DNA of 64,000 bases from Acutalibacteraceae bacterium (GCA_963599905.1 CAVBYX010000045.1:2870-66869); one strand, 5' to 3'; shown: positions 8,573-17,856, counted from the stretch's first letter. Program-made: numbers and translations. Notes: generated from the sequence alone by a model not told the origin.

Positions 8573-9652
8573 ATGGGAGCATTCAAAAATGAAAAGAACG
8601 GAACTTGGTATGTGCAGTTCCGTTATACAGATTGGCAAGGCTTGCGACAGCAAAAATTAAAGCGTGGCTTTGCCACCAAACGAGAGGCACAGGAGTGGGA
8701 ACGAGCATTTCTGACCGAAAAGAAAGCTGACGTCACTATGCCATTTAAGACTTTTACGGAATTGTACGAAAAAGATGTGCGACCGAAGTTAAAGGAAAAC
8801 ACTTGGCTTACCAAAGAACATATTATTAAAACTAAAATATTGCCGTATTTTGAGCATAAGCGATTATGCGATATATCGGCAAAAGATGTTATTGCTTGGC
8901 AAAACGAGATTAGAAAGCAGACAAATTCAAGCGGTGAGCCGCTTTCCCAGGGGTATTTAAAGACGATTCACAATCAGTTGAGTGCATTGTTTAATCATGC
9001 AATCAAGATTTACGGATTAAGATTAAATCCCGCCTCTACGGTCGGAAATATGGGTAAAGAGGAACGCAAAGAGATGAATTATTGGACTGTGGAGGAGTAC
9101 AGCAAGTTCTCCGATGAAATGATGGACAAACCTATTTCATATTATGCGTTTCAAATGCTTTATTGGACAGGTATTCGTGTAGGCGAGTTACTTGCATTAA
9201 CTGCCGGCGATTTTGATTTTAAGAGCGGCACAGTTACAATCAATAAATCATACCAAAGGCTGCACCGAGAAGATGTTGTTACTCCACCGAAAACGGAGAA
9301 AAGCAATCGAACAATAAAAATGCCTCAGTTTTTATGTGATGAAATGCAAGAGTATTTGAAAATGTTTTATTCACCGAATGACGGCGACAGAATATTCCCT
9401 GTTTCAAAAAGCTATCTTCATCACGAAATGGACAGGGGCTCAAAAGCCGCAGGTGTAAAACGTATTCGTATTCACGATTTGAGGCATTCGCATGTTTCAC
9501 TTTTAATAAACCAAGGCTACCAAGCCGCCGCTATTGCTGACAGGGTCGGTCACGAAACCGTAGAAATTACCGACAGATATACACACATATATCCGTCAAA
9601 ACAAAATGAAATGGCAAATACACTTGATGAATTATGGAAGGAGAGAAAGTAA
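8573..9652 (+). CDS. int: Tyrosine site-specific recombinase / integrase
   Basis: N-terminal GTWYVQFRY SAM-like domain. C-terminal catalytic boxes TGIRVGELLAL, HDLRHSHVSLL, GHETVEITDRYTH. GGAG RBS before the ATG at 8573; the ORF-track start at 8510 was rejected. Confidence 0.9.
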   Translation: MGAFKNEKNGTWYVQFRYTDWQGLRQQKLKRGFATKREAQEWERAFLTEKKADVTMPFKTFTELYEKDVRPKLKENTWLTKEHIIKTKILPYFEHKRLCDISAKDVIAWQNEIRKQTNSSGEPLSQGYLKTIHNQLSALFNHAIKIYGLRLNPASTVGNMGKEERKEMNYWTVEEYSKFSDEMMDKPISYYAFQMLYWTGIRVGELLALTAGDFDFKSGTVTINKSYQRLHREDVVTPPKTEKSNRTIKMPQFLCDEMQEYLKMFYSPNDGDRIFPVSKSYLHHEMDRGSKAAGVKRIRIHDLRHSHVSLLINQGYQAAAIADRVGHETVEITDRYTHIYPSKQNEMANTLDELWKERK

Positions 9653-9653
9653 T

Positions 9654-9980
9654 ATGTCACTGAAAAACAGAGATGAACACAACCGTTGGAGAAATAAGAC
9701 TGTGGCTTTTAGAGTTTCGCCTGAGGAATGGGAACAAATTGAACGCTATGTTCAGCTTTCGGGTCTAACAAAACAAGACTATATCACAAGGCGACTTACT
9801 GTCAAAGATGTTGTTGTGCAAGGCAATCCGAGAGTATATAAGGCTTTGCGTAATAATCTTGCAGATGTACTTATTGAATTGCAAAGAATTGAGAACGGCG
9901 GTGCAGTCAATGACGAATTGCTTGACTTAATTGGAATGATAGCCGATATTCTCGGCGGATTAAAGGAGGTGTCAGAATGA
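9654..9980 (+). CDS. MobC-like ribbon-helix-helix relaxosome accessory protein
   Basis: VAFRVSPEEWEQIERYVQLSGLTKQDYITRRL matches the MobC-type RHH pattern. AGGAG RBS before the ATG at 9654. Confidence 0.55.
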   Translation: MSLKNRDEHNRWRNKTVAFRVSPEEWEQIERYVQLSGLTKQDYITRRLTVKDVVVQGNPRVYKALRNNLADVLIELQRIENGGAVNDELLDLIGMIADILGGLKEVSE

Positions 9981-10123
9981 CAGAAAAAGAAAAGACCGCT
10001 CCGGTTGTATCTGTTGGCGCAGATACGGAGCAGTCAATCCTAAAACATATCGATAACAGTATAACCGAATTTAAAAACAAAATCAAGGCTTATGGCAGAA
10101 ACGGAGGTGATTGCGGTGGCTGA
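9977..10123 (+). CDS. Small hypothetical protein (48 aa), translationally coupled
   Basis: Its ATG overlaps the MobC-like stop (ATGA). Strong AGGAGG 7 nt upstream. Below the ORF-track length cut-off. Translated by hand as MTEKEKTAPVVSVGADTEQS...GGDCGG. Confidence 0.4.
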   Translation: MTEKEKTAPVVSVGADTEQSILKHIDNSITEFKNKIKAYGRNGGDCGG

Positions 10124-11069
10124 ACTTAAAATTATAAGCATGGACGAAGTTGAACCCACCGAGGTTAAATGGCTTTGGTATCCGTATATTCCGTTTGGAA
10201 AAATAACCATTGTTCATGGCGACCCGGGCGATGGAAAAACTATGATGATTTTGCAGTTGGCTTCGCTTTTATCACGAGGAGAAAAACTTCCGTGCGATGA
10301 TACGGAGCGTGAGCCGATAAAAATAATTTATCAAACAGCCGAGGACGGATTGAGCGACACAATCAAGCCTCGCTTGCTTGCAGGCAATGCGGACTGTTCG
10401 CAAATAAAAGTAATTGACGAGTCTGAAGCCGCTCTTTCGCTTCTTGATGAAAGAGTGGAGCAAGCGATAATTGAAACAGGCGCAAAGGTAATAATCCTTG
10501 ACCCTGTTCAGGCATATATCGGCGCCAAGGTTGATATGAATAAAGCTAACGAAGTCCGAAGTGTTTTGGCACGGCTTGGACGACTTGCGGAGCAATACGG
10601 TTGTGCCGTAATTCTTGTAGGACACTTGAATAAAGCAAAGGGCAACAAGGCAAATTATCGTGGGCTTGGCTCGATAGATTTTCAGGCAGCCGCAAGGAGC
10701 GTGCTTGTTGTCGGAAGATTAAAGGACAAGCAAAACATTCGAGTGATGGCGCATGAAAAATCTTCGCTTGCCCCCGAGGGCGAGCCGATTGCGTTTGAGC
10801 TTGATAAAGAAAACGGATTTGCTTGGAAAGGTCATTACGATATTTCTATTGACGATTTGCTCAACGGATTCTCAAAAGAAACAAAAACGCAACAGGCGGA
10901 AAATTTAATAAAAGATTGTTTGTCGGATGGTAAGCAGGCTAATAAAGTTATCTCGAAAAAAGCCGAGAACATCGGCATATCAAAACGAGTGCTTGATGAA
11001 GCGAAAAAATCTCTCGGCGTAATATCTACCAAGGCAAACAATCAATGGTATTGGCAACTGCCCGGCTAA
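10092..11069 (+). CDS. RecA-fold ATPase (AAA_25 / RepA-like)
   Basis: VKWLWYPYIPFGKITIVHGDPGDGKT Walker A; Walker B VIILDPV. Start uncertain: ATG 10092, or GTG 10116 behind GGAGG. Confidence 0.7.
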   Translation: MAETEVIAVAELKIISMDEVEPTEVKWLWYPYIPFGKITIVHGDPGDGKTMMILQLASLLSRGEKLPCDDTEREPIKIIYQTAEDGLSDTIKPRLLAGNADCSQIKVIDESEAALSLLDERVEQAIIETGAKVIILDPVQAYIGAKVDMNKANEVRSVLARLGRLAEQYGCAVILVGHLNKAKGNKANYRGLGSIDFQAAARSVLVVGRLKDKQNIRVMAHEKSSLAPEGEPIAFELDKENGFAWKGHYDISIDDLLNGFSKETKTQQAENLIKDCLSDGKQANKVISKKAENIGISKRVLDEAKKSLGVISTKANNQWYWQLPG

Positions 11070-11078
11070 GCGACCAAG

Positions 11079-11279
11079 GTTGCAACATTGCAAAGGTATG
11101 GGAGAACTGCAATGTTGCAATCTTCCTTTTCGGCAGGTAGTAACAATAGCGAAAAGTTTAGACAGGGTGTAGGGTGTCCTTTACAAAGGACAGCCCTACC
11201 GCAAAACCTGTTTGCAGGTTGCATTTTTGATGGGCTTGCCTGTCAAAAGTGCTTTTGCGTTACTCTTGACAAGAGTAAC
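11079..11279 (+). promoter_or_regulatory. Candidate oriT / regulatory region (cluster of inverted repeats)
   Basis: Four inverted repeats lie directly upstream of the MobV relaxase. IR 11080-11092/11108-11120 (13 bp). IR 11169-11199 (14-bp arms, 1 mismatch). IR 11205-11220 (6 bp). Palindrome GTTACTCTTG-A-CAAGAGTAAC at 11259-11279. Confidence 0.4.
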
Positions 11280-11322
11280 AGAACCGAGGACGGTCAAATT
11301 TATTAGATTGGAGGTATAACTT

Positions 11323-12483
11323 ATGCAACGAACGATAAGTGCAATGGTGGGTAAAGGCTCAGTAAATCATAACAGCCGCAAGTTCAAAGCAGAAAATATT
11401 GATGGCAGCAGAACGCACCTGAACATAGATTACTGCAACGAGCCGATAAAGGAAATCTATCACGAATTGTTTGACGAAGCATTAAAAAGATACAACGAAA
11501 AGCAGACACGAGCCGACCGCCGAATAGAAAATTACTATGAGAAAATCAGAAATTCCAAGCAGGAAAAGCCCTTTCACGAATTGATTTTGCAGATTGGCGA
11601 TAAGGAAAATATGAGTGCCGAAAGCGAAAACGGACAGCTTGCAAGACAGATTTTAGATGAGTATTACCGTAGTTTTCAAGAGAGAAATTCTAACCTAAAA
11701 GTGTTCTCCGCCCATCTGCATATGGACGAGGCAACGCTCCATTTGCACATTGATTTTGTTCCGTTCACCACCGGAAGTAAGCGTGGACTTGATACGAGAG
11801 TAAGCCTGAAACAAGCGTTAGCCGCACAAGGTTTCAAAGGCGGAACTCGTGGCGATACTGAGTGGAATCAATGGGTAGGCGCAGAAAAATCAGCACTTGC
11901 ATTTGTAATGGAATGCCACGGAGTTGAGTGGGAACATAAAGGTACGCACGAAAAACATCTGTCTGTTCTTGATTATAAAAAGCAAGAGCGTGAAAAGGAA
12001 CTTGATATTTTGGAAGATAAACTTGCCGAGAAAAAAGATGAGTTTCGTGTTATGGCTGACCGCATTGAAAACTTTGACAATGGCGAAAGAGCACTGCAAA
12101 ATCTTGATGAAAGCATAATGAATGAGCCTGAATATCAGATGCCTGAACCGCCAGCAATGATGTCGGCGAGAACATATAAGGCAAAGTTCGCAGAACCGCT
12201 TGTGGCTCGATTCAAGTCGCTAATCAGCACCTTATTTGCACGATATTTCAAGGCGGTGGACAGCTACCACAGGTTAAACATTACAAACGGCAATCTCTAT
12301 CGTGAGAACGAAATATTGTCGAAAATCAACAGCAAGCTGAAAAGCGAAAACGAAAATCTGCGCTCGGAGGTCAAAGACTACAAACTCTTGCGTAAGGTTT
12401 TCGGAAATAAACAAATTGATAATTTGCTTGAACAGGCAAGAAATATCAAAGGTCATAAGCGTGAAAATCCACGCTCAAGATAA
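11323..12483 (+). CDS. MobV-family (Mob_Pre) relaxase
   Basis: HxDE..xHxH metal motif as HLHMDEATLHLHIDFVP. N-terminal VNHNSR segment. Coiled-coil C-terminus. Confidence 0.8.
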   Translation: MQRTISAMVGKGSVNHNSRKFKAENIDGSRTHLNIDYCNEPIKEIYHELFDEALKRYNEKQTRADRRIENYYEKIRNSKQEKPFHELILQIGDKENMSAESENGQLARQILDEYYRSFQERNSNLKVFSAHLHMDEATLHLHIDFVPFTTGSKRGLDTRVSLKQALAAQGFKGGTRGDTEWNQWVGAEKSALAFVMECHGVEWEHKGTHEKHLSVLDYKKQEREKELDILEDKLAEKKDEFRVMADRIENFDNGERALQNLDESIMNEPEYQMPEPPAMMSARTYKAKFAEPLVARFKSLISTLFARYFKAVDSYHRLNITNGNLYRENEILSKINSKLKSENENLRSEVKDYKLLRKVFGNKQIDNLLEQARNIKGHKRENPRSR

Positions 12484-12507
12484 ATAAATTTTTGGAGGTA
12501 AAACAAA

Positions 12508-12876
12508 ATGGTAAACACAATTTTTGAAAAAGCAGGCGGTACTTATACGCAGGCGGGCGACTATATGTTGCCGGATTTATTATCGGCGGAAGAAGCAAAT
12601 ATCGGCGTTTGGGCAATGCGACACAAACGATATTTGAAGCAGAATCATAAAGTGCTTTACTACAATTTGCTGACAAGCGGTAAACTCAATTCATATCTTG
12701 CAGATATTGAACAACAAGCAAGTAATATGTTTTCTCGGCTGGTAAATGACTTAGCCGAAAAAGAAAATGCAACCGAAGGACTCAAAGCAATCGATATGAT
12801 GTTGTGGGTGCGGAGAATAAATAATATTCAGAATAGGGCGACGGAAATTGTAAATGTAGATTTAATCTACGCATAA
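12508..12876 (+). CDS. TnpV-like protein
   Basis: 122 aa. GGTYTQAGDYMLPDL ... YLADIEQQA ... NRATEIV pattern recalled from Tn4451 TnpV-type proteins. Confidence 0.55.
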   Translation: MVNTIFEKAGGTYTQAGDYMLPDLLSAEEANIGVWAMRHKRYLKQNHKVLYYNLLTSGKLNSYLADIEQQASNMFSRLVNDLAEKENATEGLKAIDMMLWVRRINNIQNRATEIVNVDLIYA

Positions 12877-13068
12877 AAAATTGCGCCGAGTGTGGCTCTG
12901 AAAATGAGTTATGCTCGGCGATTTCCCTTTGTTTTGATTACGAATAACTAAGTGTTGTTATCTGTATTTAATTCCATTTTCGTGCAATTTGTTCTTGCTT
13001 TTCTTAAGTAAAAGTGATATACTAAACGAGTATAAGAACTTATTTATTTGTGTTTTATGAGGTGTAGT

Positions 13069-13293
13069 ATGGCTGTTAGTTACAATAAGTTATGGAAACT
13101 TCTAATTGATAAAAATATGAAAAAGAAAGAACTTGGAGAAGCCGCTGGTATAAGCAATTCTCTAATCGCAAAGCTTGGTAAAAATGAAAATGTTACAGTT
13201 GAAGTATTGGTAAGAATCTGTACTGCTCTTGATTGTCAAATAGATGATATTGTAGAGTTAATTCCCGATTCAGAACAAGTTGTGAAAGGTTAA
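13069..13293 (+). CDS. XRE/Cro-type HTH protein, possible R-M controller (C) protein
   Basis: KKKELGEAAGISNSLIAKLGKNENVTVEVLVRICTAL HTH. Ends 11 nt upstream of the MTase. GAGGTG RBS before the ATG at 13069. Confidence 0.65.
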   Translation: MAVSYNKLWKLLIDKNMKKKELGEAAGISNSLIAKLGKNENVTVEVLVRICTALDCQIDDIVELIPDSEQVVKG

Positions 13294-13304
13294 GGTAAAT
13301 AACG

Positions 13305-15890
13305 ATGAAAATGAACAAACCAACTTACATCAGCTTGTTTAGTAGTGCAGGTGTAGGTTGTTACGGATTTAAATTAGAAGATTTTGATTGTGTTGCAACA
13401 AACGAACTAATTACAAGAAGATTAGATATTCAGAGATATAATCACAAATGCAAATATGAAAGCGGATACATCTGCGGAGATATTACCGACAATTCCATTA
13501 AGGATATTTTGTATTCGCAGATTAATTTATGGAAGAAAAAAGAAAATGTATCAAGAATTGATGTTATAGTTGCAACCCCTCCTTGTCAGGGAATGTCCGT
13601 TGCAAACCATAAAAAAAGCACAAATGAAATTGTGCGAAATTCTTTAGTAATTGAATCAATAAAAATCATAAAGCAGGTTAACCCTCGATTTTTCATTTTT
13701 GAAAATGTTGCCGCTTTTATGAAAACAATATGCACTGATATAGACGGAGAAAACAAAACAATTGCTGCTGCTATTGAAAGCGATTTGGGACAAAATTACT
13801 CTTATACTTCTCGTATTATAAACTTCAAGAATTACGGAGCTTGCTCCAGCAGACAAAGAACTGTTGTCATCGGCGTTTCTAAGGATTATGCTGATGAGGT
13901 ATCTCCTTTAGAATTATATCCTGACCTTGTTGAAGAACGCACACTGAGAGAAGTTATAGGCAATTTAAAGCCGTTAAAAGAATTCGGCGAAATTGACAAA
14001 GATGATATTTATCATTCATTTAGGACATATCCCGAACATATGAGAGCGTGGATTTCTGATATAAAAGAGGGCGAATCTGCGTTTGATAATGTTGACGATA
14101 GCAAAAAACCTCATAGAATTGTTGAGGGTAAAATTGTAATCAATCAGCAAAAAAACGGTGATAAATACAAAAGACAATTTTGGGACAAAGTCGGTCCTTG
14201 TATACACACAAGGAATGACCAAATGGCAAGTCAGAATACTGTTCATCCAAGCGATGACAGAGTGTTCAGCATAAGAGAACTTATGCTTATGATGACAGTC
14301 CCGCACTCTTTCAAATGGGTTGAAACAGATTTCTCAGATTTAAATGCTCTTTCGTTTGAGAAAAAACGAATGTTTTTAAAAAAAGAAGAAATCAAAATCA
14401 GACAATCATTAGGAGAAGCTGTACCTACTGTTATTTTCCAATCAATAGCGAGAAAAATAAAAGGGGCGTTAAAGCATACGCCTCTCAATACAGCAATGAT
14501 TAACAAATTGGTGTTATCTAATAAATTGAGTGATATTGATGCTTTAAAAAAATTCATTTCGGCTAATCCTATGAATTTATCATCTGCAACATTAGGACAT
14601 ATTGCAGAATTAGCAAATACCAACAGAACAGATAATGCAGCTTTTTTCACAAGCAAAACGCTGATTACTGAAATGATGAAAGCACTGCCTGATACTGACA
14701 AAGAAACAGTCAGAATCCTTGAACCATCTGTCGGAGTCGGTAACTTCATACCGCTAATCATTAAAAAATTCGAGGGTAAAAACATTATTCTTGATGTAGT
14801 AGACATTGATAAGCATAGTTTAGAACTTGCAAAGCTGATTTTAAAGAATTACAACATTCCAAATAACTGCACTATCAATTTTATCAATGCAGACTTTTTG
14901 CTGTACAATTTTTCGGAAAAGTATGACTACATAATTGGCAATCCGCCTTTTTATAAAATGAAAGCAAGCAATTCTCTTTTGAATATTTACCGTAAAAATG
15001 CAGTTAATACTGCAACAACAAATATTTGTTCTTTCTTTTTGGACAAAGCAGTTCGCATAGGGAATTATGTTGCATTGGTATTTCCTAAATTTTTGCTTAA
15101 CACACCTGAGTTTTCGCAAACAAGAAAATACTTATCCGACAAAGCGGTAGAATGTATTATCGATTTTGGCGAGAAAGGTTTTCCAGGTGTGCTTGTAGAA
15201 ACATTGGCGATTTTCATTAACAATTTGAGTCGTCCTTCAAATACTCGCATTGCTTCAATCACTCGCGGAAAATTCATGATACAGTCACAGAAATATATTT
15301 TTGATGACAAACTGCCGTATTGGATTATTTACCGTGACAATGAATTCGACTCTGTGTGTAAGAAACTCGATTTTAATGTTTTTAAAGTATTCAGAGATAG
15401 GCAAATAACTAACAAAATGCTCTCTTCAAGTGGAGATATTCGTGTGCTAAAATCTCGAAACATTAGCGATGACGGAAAAAATGTAATGGATATTGACGGG
15501 TATGATTCATACATCTCATATTATGATGCCAAGAGTTTATCGGTTTACAGTTATTTAGACTGTGATAATGTATATCTTACACCTAATATGACATACAAAC
15601 CTCGTATGATTGAAAAACCGAAAGAGTGCCTTGTAAATGGTTCTTTAGCAGTTTTAATTCCTAAAAAAGGGATAATTCCAACCAAGGAGCAATTGGCATT
15701 TTTCTCAACGCAAGAATATCGAAATTTTTATCAAATCGCAAGAAATTTTCAAACAAGATCATTAAATGTTGATGCTTGTTCGGTATTCTTCTATGGGTTA
15801 TTGAGAGATAAAACGAAAAAAGCTCCTATAACCGAAAAACTTGATGAAAATGAAAATATTCAAATTACAATTTTTGATTATATGAAATGA
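13305..15890 (+). CDS. Bifunctional DNA methyltransferase: N-terminal C5-cytosine MTase fused to C-terminal gamma-class N6-adenine MTase
   Basis: m5C motifs: I LFSSAGVG, IV PPCQGMS, VI FIFENV, VIII SSRQRTVVIG, IX FSIRELMLMMTVP, X GEAVPTV. m6A motifs: ILEPSVGVGNF (SAM binding) and IIGNPPFYK (NPPF catalytic). Confidence 0.85.
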   Translation: MKMNKPTYISLFSSAGVGCYGFKLEDFDCVATNELITRRLDIQRYNHKCKYESGYICGDITDNSIKDILYSQINLWKKKENVSRIDVIVATPPCQGMSVANHKKSTNEIVRNSLVIESIKIIKQVNPRFFIFENVAAFMKTICTDIDGENKTIAAAIESDLGQNYSYTSRIINFKNYGACSSRQRTVVIGVSKDYADEVSPLELYPDLVEERTLREVIGNLKPLKEFGEIDKDDIYHSFRTYPEHMRAWISDIKEGESAFDNVDDSKKPHRIVEGKIVINQQKNGDKYKRQFWDKVGPCIHTRNDQMASQNTVHPSDDRVFSIRELMLMMTVPHSFKWVETDFSDLNALSFEKKRMFLKKEEIKIRQSLGEAVPTVIFQSIARKIKGALKHTPLNTAMINKLVLSNKLSDIDALKKFISANPMNLSSATLGHIAELANTNRTDNAAFFTSKTLITEMMKALPDTDKETVRILEPSVGVGNFIPLIIKKFEGKNIILDVVDIDKHSLELAKLILKNYNIPNNCTINFINADFLLYNFSEKYDYIIGNPPFYKMKASNSLLNIYRKNAVNTATTNICSFFLDKAVRIGNYVALVFPKFLLNTPEFSQTRKYLSDKAVECIIDFGEKGFPGVLVETLAIFINNLSRPSNTRIASITRGKFMIQSQKYIFDDKLPYWIIYRDNEFDSVCKKLDFNVFKVFRDRQITNKMLSSSGDIRVLKSRNISDDGKNVMDIDGYDSYISYYDAKSLSVYSYLDCDNVYLTPNMTYKPRMIEKPKECLVNGSLAVLIPKKGIIPTKEQLAFFSTQEYRNFYQIARNFQTRSLNVDACSVFFYGLLRDKTKKAPITEKLDENENIQITIFDYMK

Positions 15891-15899
15891 GGATTTGTT

Positions 15900-17132
15900 A
15901 TGTTAACACAGCAAGATATTATAGATTTTTGTAATCAGCGCAATTATGATATACGGGAAAGTCATAACGGCAGATGGATTGACCAAAAGTGCACACCAGA
16001 TGTTATTTGGTCGATATCTGACTTTGTATTAGATTATGTTGATACCGTCAACGAGCGTTTTACTGTTAAAGATATTTGGCAAAGTGAATACGCAAAGCAA
16101 ACAATAGCCGAAACATATTCCAAACCGGGTACTGATGAAAGAACTGCGGAAAACGAATATGATAAGGTCTTTTCACAACCGCTTAATATGCTCTGTTATG
16201 CGGGCATACTCAAAGATGTTTCAGAAACCTCGAGGCATTTATATATTGTTGAAAATAGAGAGGTTCTTGAATATATTGCCCGAAATGATGTATATGCACT
16301 GCGGTTTTTACAGTGCTATATTGAAAAAGTGCTAACAGATAGTGGACTTATTGATGTTTTCAACGACTTCTTTGAAAATCAAGACTCTGCACACTTCAAT
16401 GCTATGAAACAAGCTTTTATTGATTTCTATCATACCTATACTCCAGTAAAAAAGGATTACGAACCGAAACGAATATTTACAAAGGTAGTAAATCCTCTTG
16501 CTTTCAGCAGAGATAAGTTAGGCTCTGAAAAAGGTCGAATGTCAAAGCATAAAGTAAATCGTTCTGATATGATGTATAATCAAGACAATTTTAGAGATGT
16601 TTATCGTGATAAGCCGAAAGATGTAACAAGGCAAGAATGGCTTGCTACTCATCCTGATATTGATAGAAGAGACGGATATTTCGAACAGATGATGTCCCGC
16701 TCCAAGAGACTGTTACGTGATTTCACAAATCAATATAGAGAGAATATTTCTGAATTGACTATGTTTGTTGATGGTCAGGATGATAATACTGCTCCGACAC
16801 AGTCGCACCATATTTTCCCTAAAAATGAATTTCCTGAAATTATGCATTATATAGAAAATTTAATAATGTTAACACCGAATCAGCATTATGGATATGCTCA
16901 CCCTAATAACAACACTCATATAATTGATTTAGCAGCTCAAAAAGTTTTACTAATTGCAAAGACATATAGTATTCGTCAAAATCTAACAAGTGAGGTTGAA
17001 GAACATATTTTTGAGTTCTGCAAATTCTTACAGGTGTTAAGTGTAGGTTGGGATGATGAAAGTGTTTTAGAAATTGCGGAGAATGACTACAATGATATAA
17101 TTCACGCCATAAATTATCATTATGTAGCGTAG
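15900..17132 (+). CDS. HNH-motif nuclease, probable restriction endonuclease partner
   Basis: Starts 9 nt after the MTase. C-terminal TQSHHIFPKNEFPEIMHYIENLIMLTPNQHYGYAH fits a beta-beta-alpha-Me (H-N-H) site. Confidence 0.6.
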   Translation: MLTQQDIIDFCNQRNYDIRESHNGRWIDQKCTPDVIWSISDFVLDYVDTVNERFTVKDIWQSEYAKQTIAETYSKPGTDERTAENEYDKVFSQPLNMLCYAGILKDVSETSRHLYIVENREVLEYIARNDVYALRFLQCYIEKVLTDSGLIDVFNDFFENQDSAHFNAMKQAFIDFYHTYTPVKKDYEPKRIFTKVVNPLAFSRDKLGSEKGRMSKHKVNRSDMMYNQDNFRDVYRDKPKDVTRQEWLATHPDIDRRDGYFEQMMSRSKRLLRDFTNQYRENISELTMFVDGQDDNTAPTQSHHIFPKNEFPEIMHYIENLIMLTPNQHYGYAHPNNNTHIIDLAAQKVLLIAKTYSIRQNLTSEVEEHIFEFCKFLQVLSVGWDDESVLEIAENDYNDIIHAINYHYVA

Positions 17133-17247
17133 AGGGAGATGTTTAATGTTGATTTTTGACTTTTACCATTAGCGAGTTTTTGAATTAATTAATAGACCAT
17201 ATTATCGAAATGCTTATGGTATAAAACAAGTTTAAAGGAGAATTTAT

Positions 17248-17856
17248 ATGAGTAAACAAGTATATATTAGTGCTGACTATGATCAACATAATGGTGACCA
17301 AGATGTTGTTAATGAATTGAATAAATGGGGAAGCGATAATCTTCATAAAGTTGAATTTATTGATATGTCCAAGGTGTCGTCTGGCAGTGTTGCTAATGGC
17401 TATGATTGTCGCATTTGTGATTTAAAGTCTGAATTCAATCGCCAAATTAACGCATCTTCTGCGGTCATTTTTGTGGTAGGAGACATGACTGCTTATCGCA
17501 CAGCAGGAAGCGGATGCGAACGTATGTCCAAAGAAAAGTGGCAATGCTCCTGCACACCATATAAACAAAACACTAATGGTGCTAAAATATGTAAAGTGTC
17601 CACTGTTTCTACTCCTGGGGATAATGACGATTATGGTAATATAAACTCTCATTCTTATCTTCGGCACGAATTTGAACAGGCAAAAAAGAAGAAAAAATCA
17701 ATTATTATTGTATATAATTCAACGAGAAAAGAATCAGATTGGTTGCCTTCATACATGAGAGATTATCAAAACGACGCAAGGCCTTTTTGGAAAATTGATG
17801 CCAATGGAAGAAAGATTGGAGATTATACATATATAAAAGAGGCACTTGGATTTTGA
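17248..17856 (+). CDS. TIR-like domain protein (ThsB-like) with Cys-rich insertion
   Basis: KQVYISADYDQH N-terminal strand, AVIFVVGDMTAYR and SYLRHEFEQAKKKKKSIIIVY parallel ThsB/DUF1863-type TIR-like proteins (candidate catalytic Glu141). Six Cys residues at positions 54, 57, 90, 100, 102 and 115. Confidence 0.65.
   Translation: MSKQVYISADYDQHNGDQDVVNELNKWGSDNLHKVEFIDMSKVSSGSVANGYDCRICDLKSEFNRQINASSAVIFVVGDMTAYRTAGSGCERMSKEKWQCSCTPYKQNTNGAKICKVSTVSTPGDNDDYGNINSHSYLRHEFEQAKKKKKSIIIVYNSTRKESDWLPSYMRDYQNDARPFWKIDANGRKIGDYTYIKEALGF

Noticed and set aside
11088-11306. 72-aa ORF between the ATPase and the relaxase.
   Set aside because: The region is dominated by four inverted repeats. The ORF has no RBS and an odd composition. 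It is better explained as a non-coding oriT/regulatory spacer.
14243-14806. 187-aa minus-strand ORF inside the fused methyltransferase gene. The ORFs at 14016-14306, 14841-15119 and 15065-15310 are similar.
   Set aside because: They are antisense to a CDS carrying complete MTase motif sets and have no recognisable motifs of their own.
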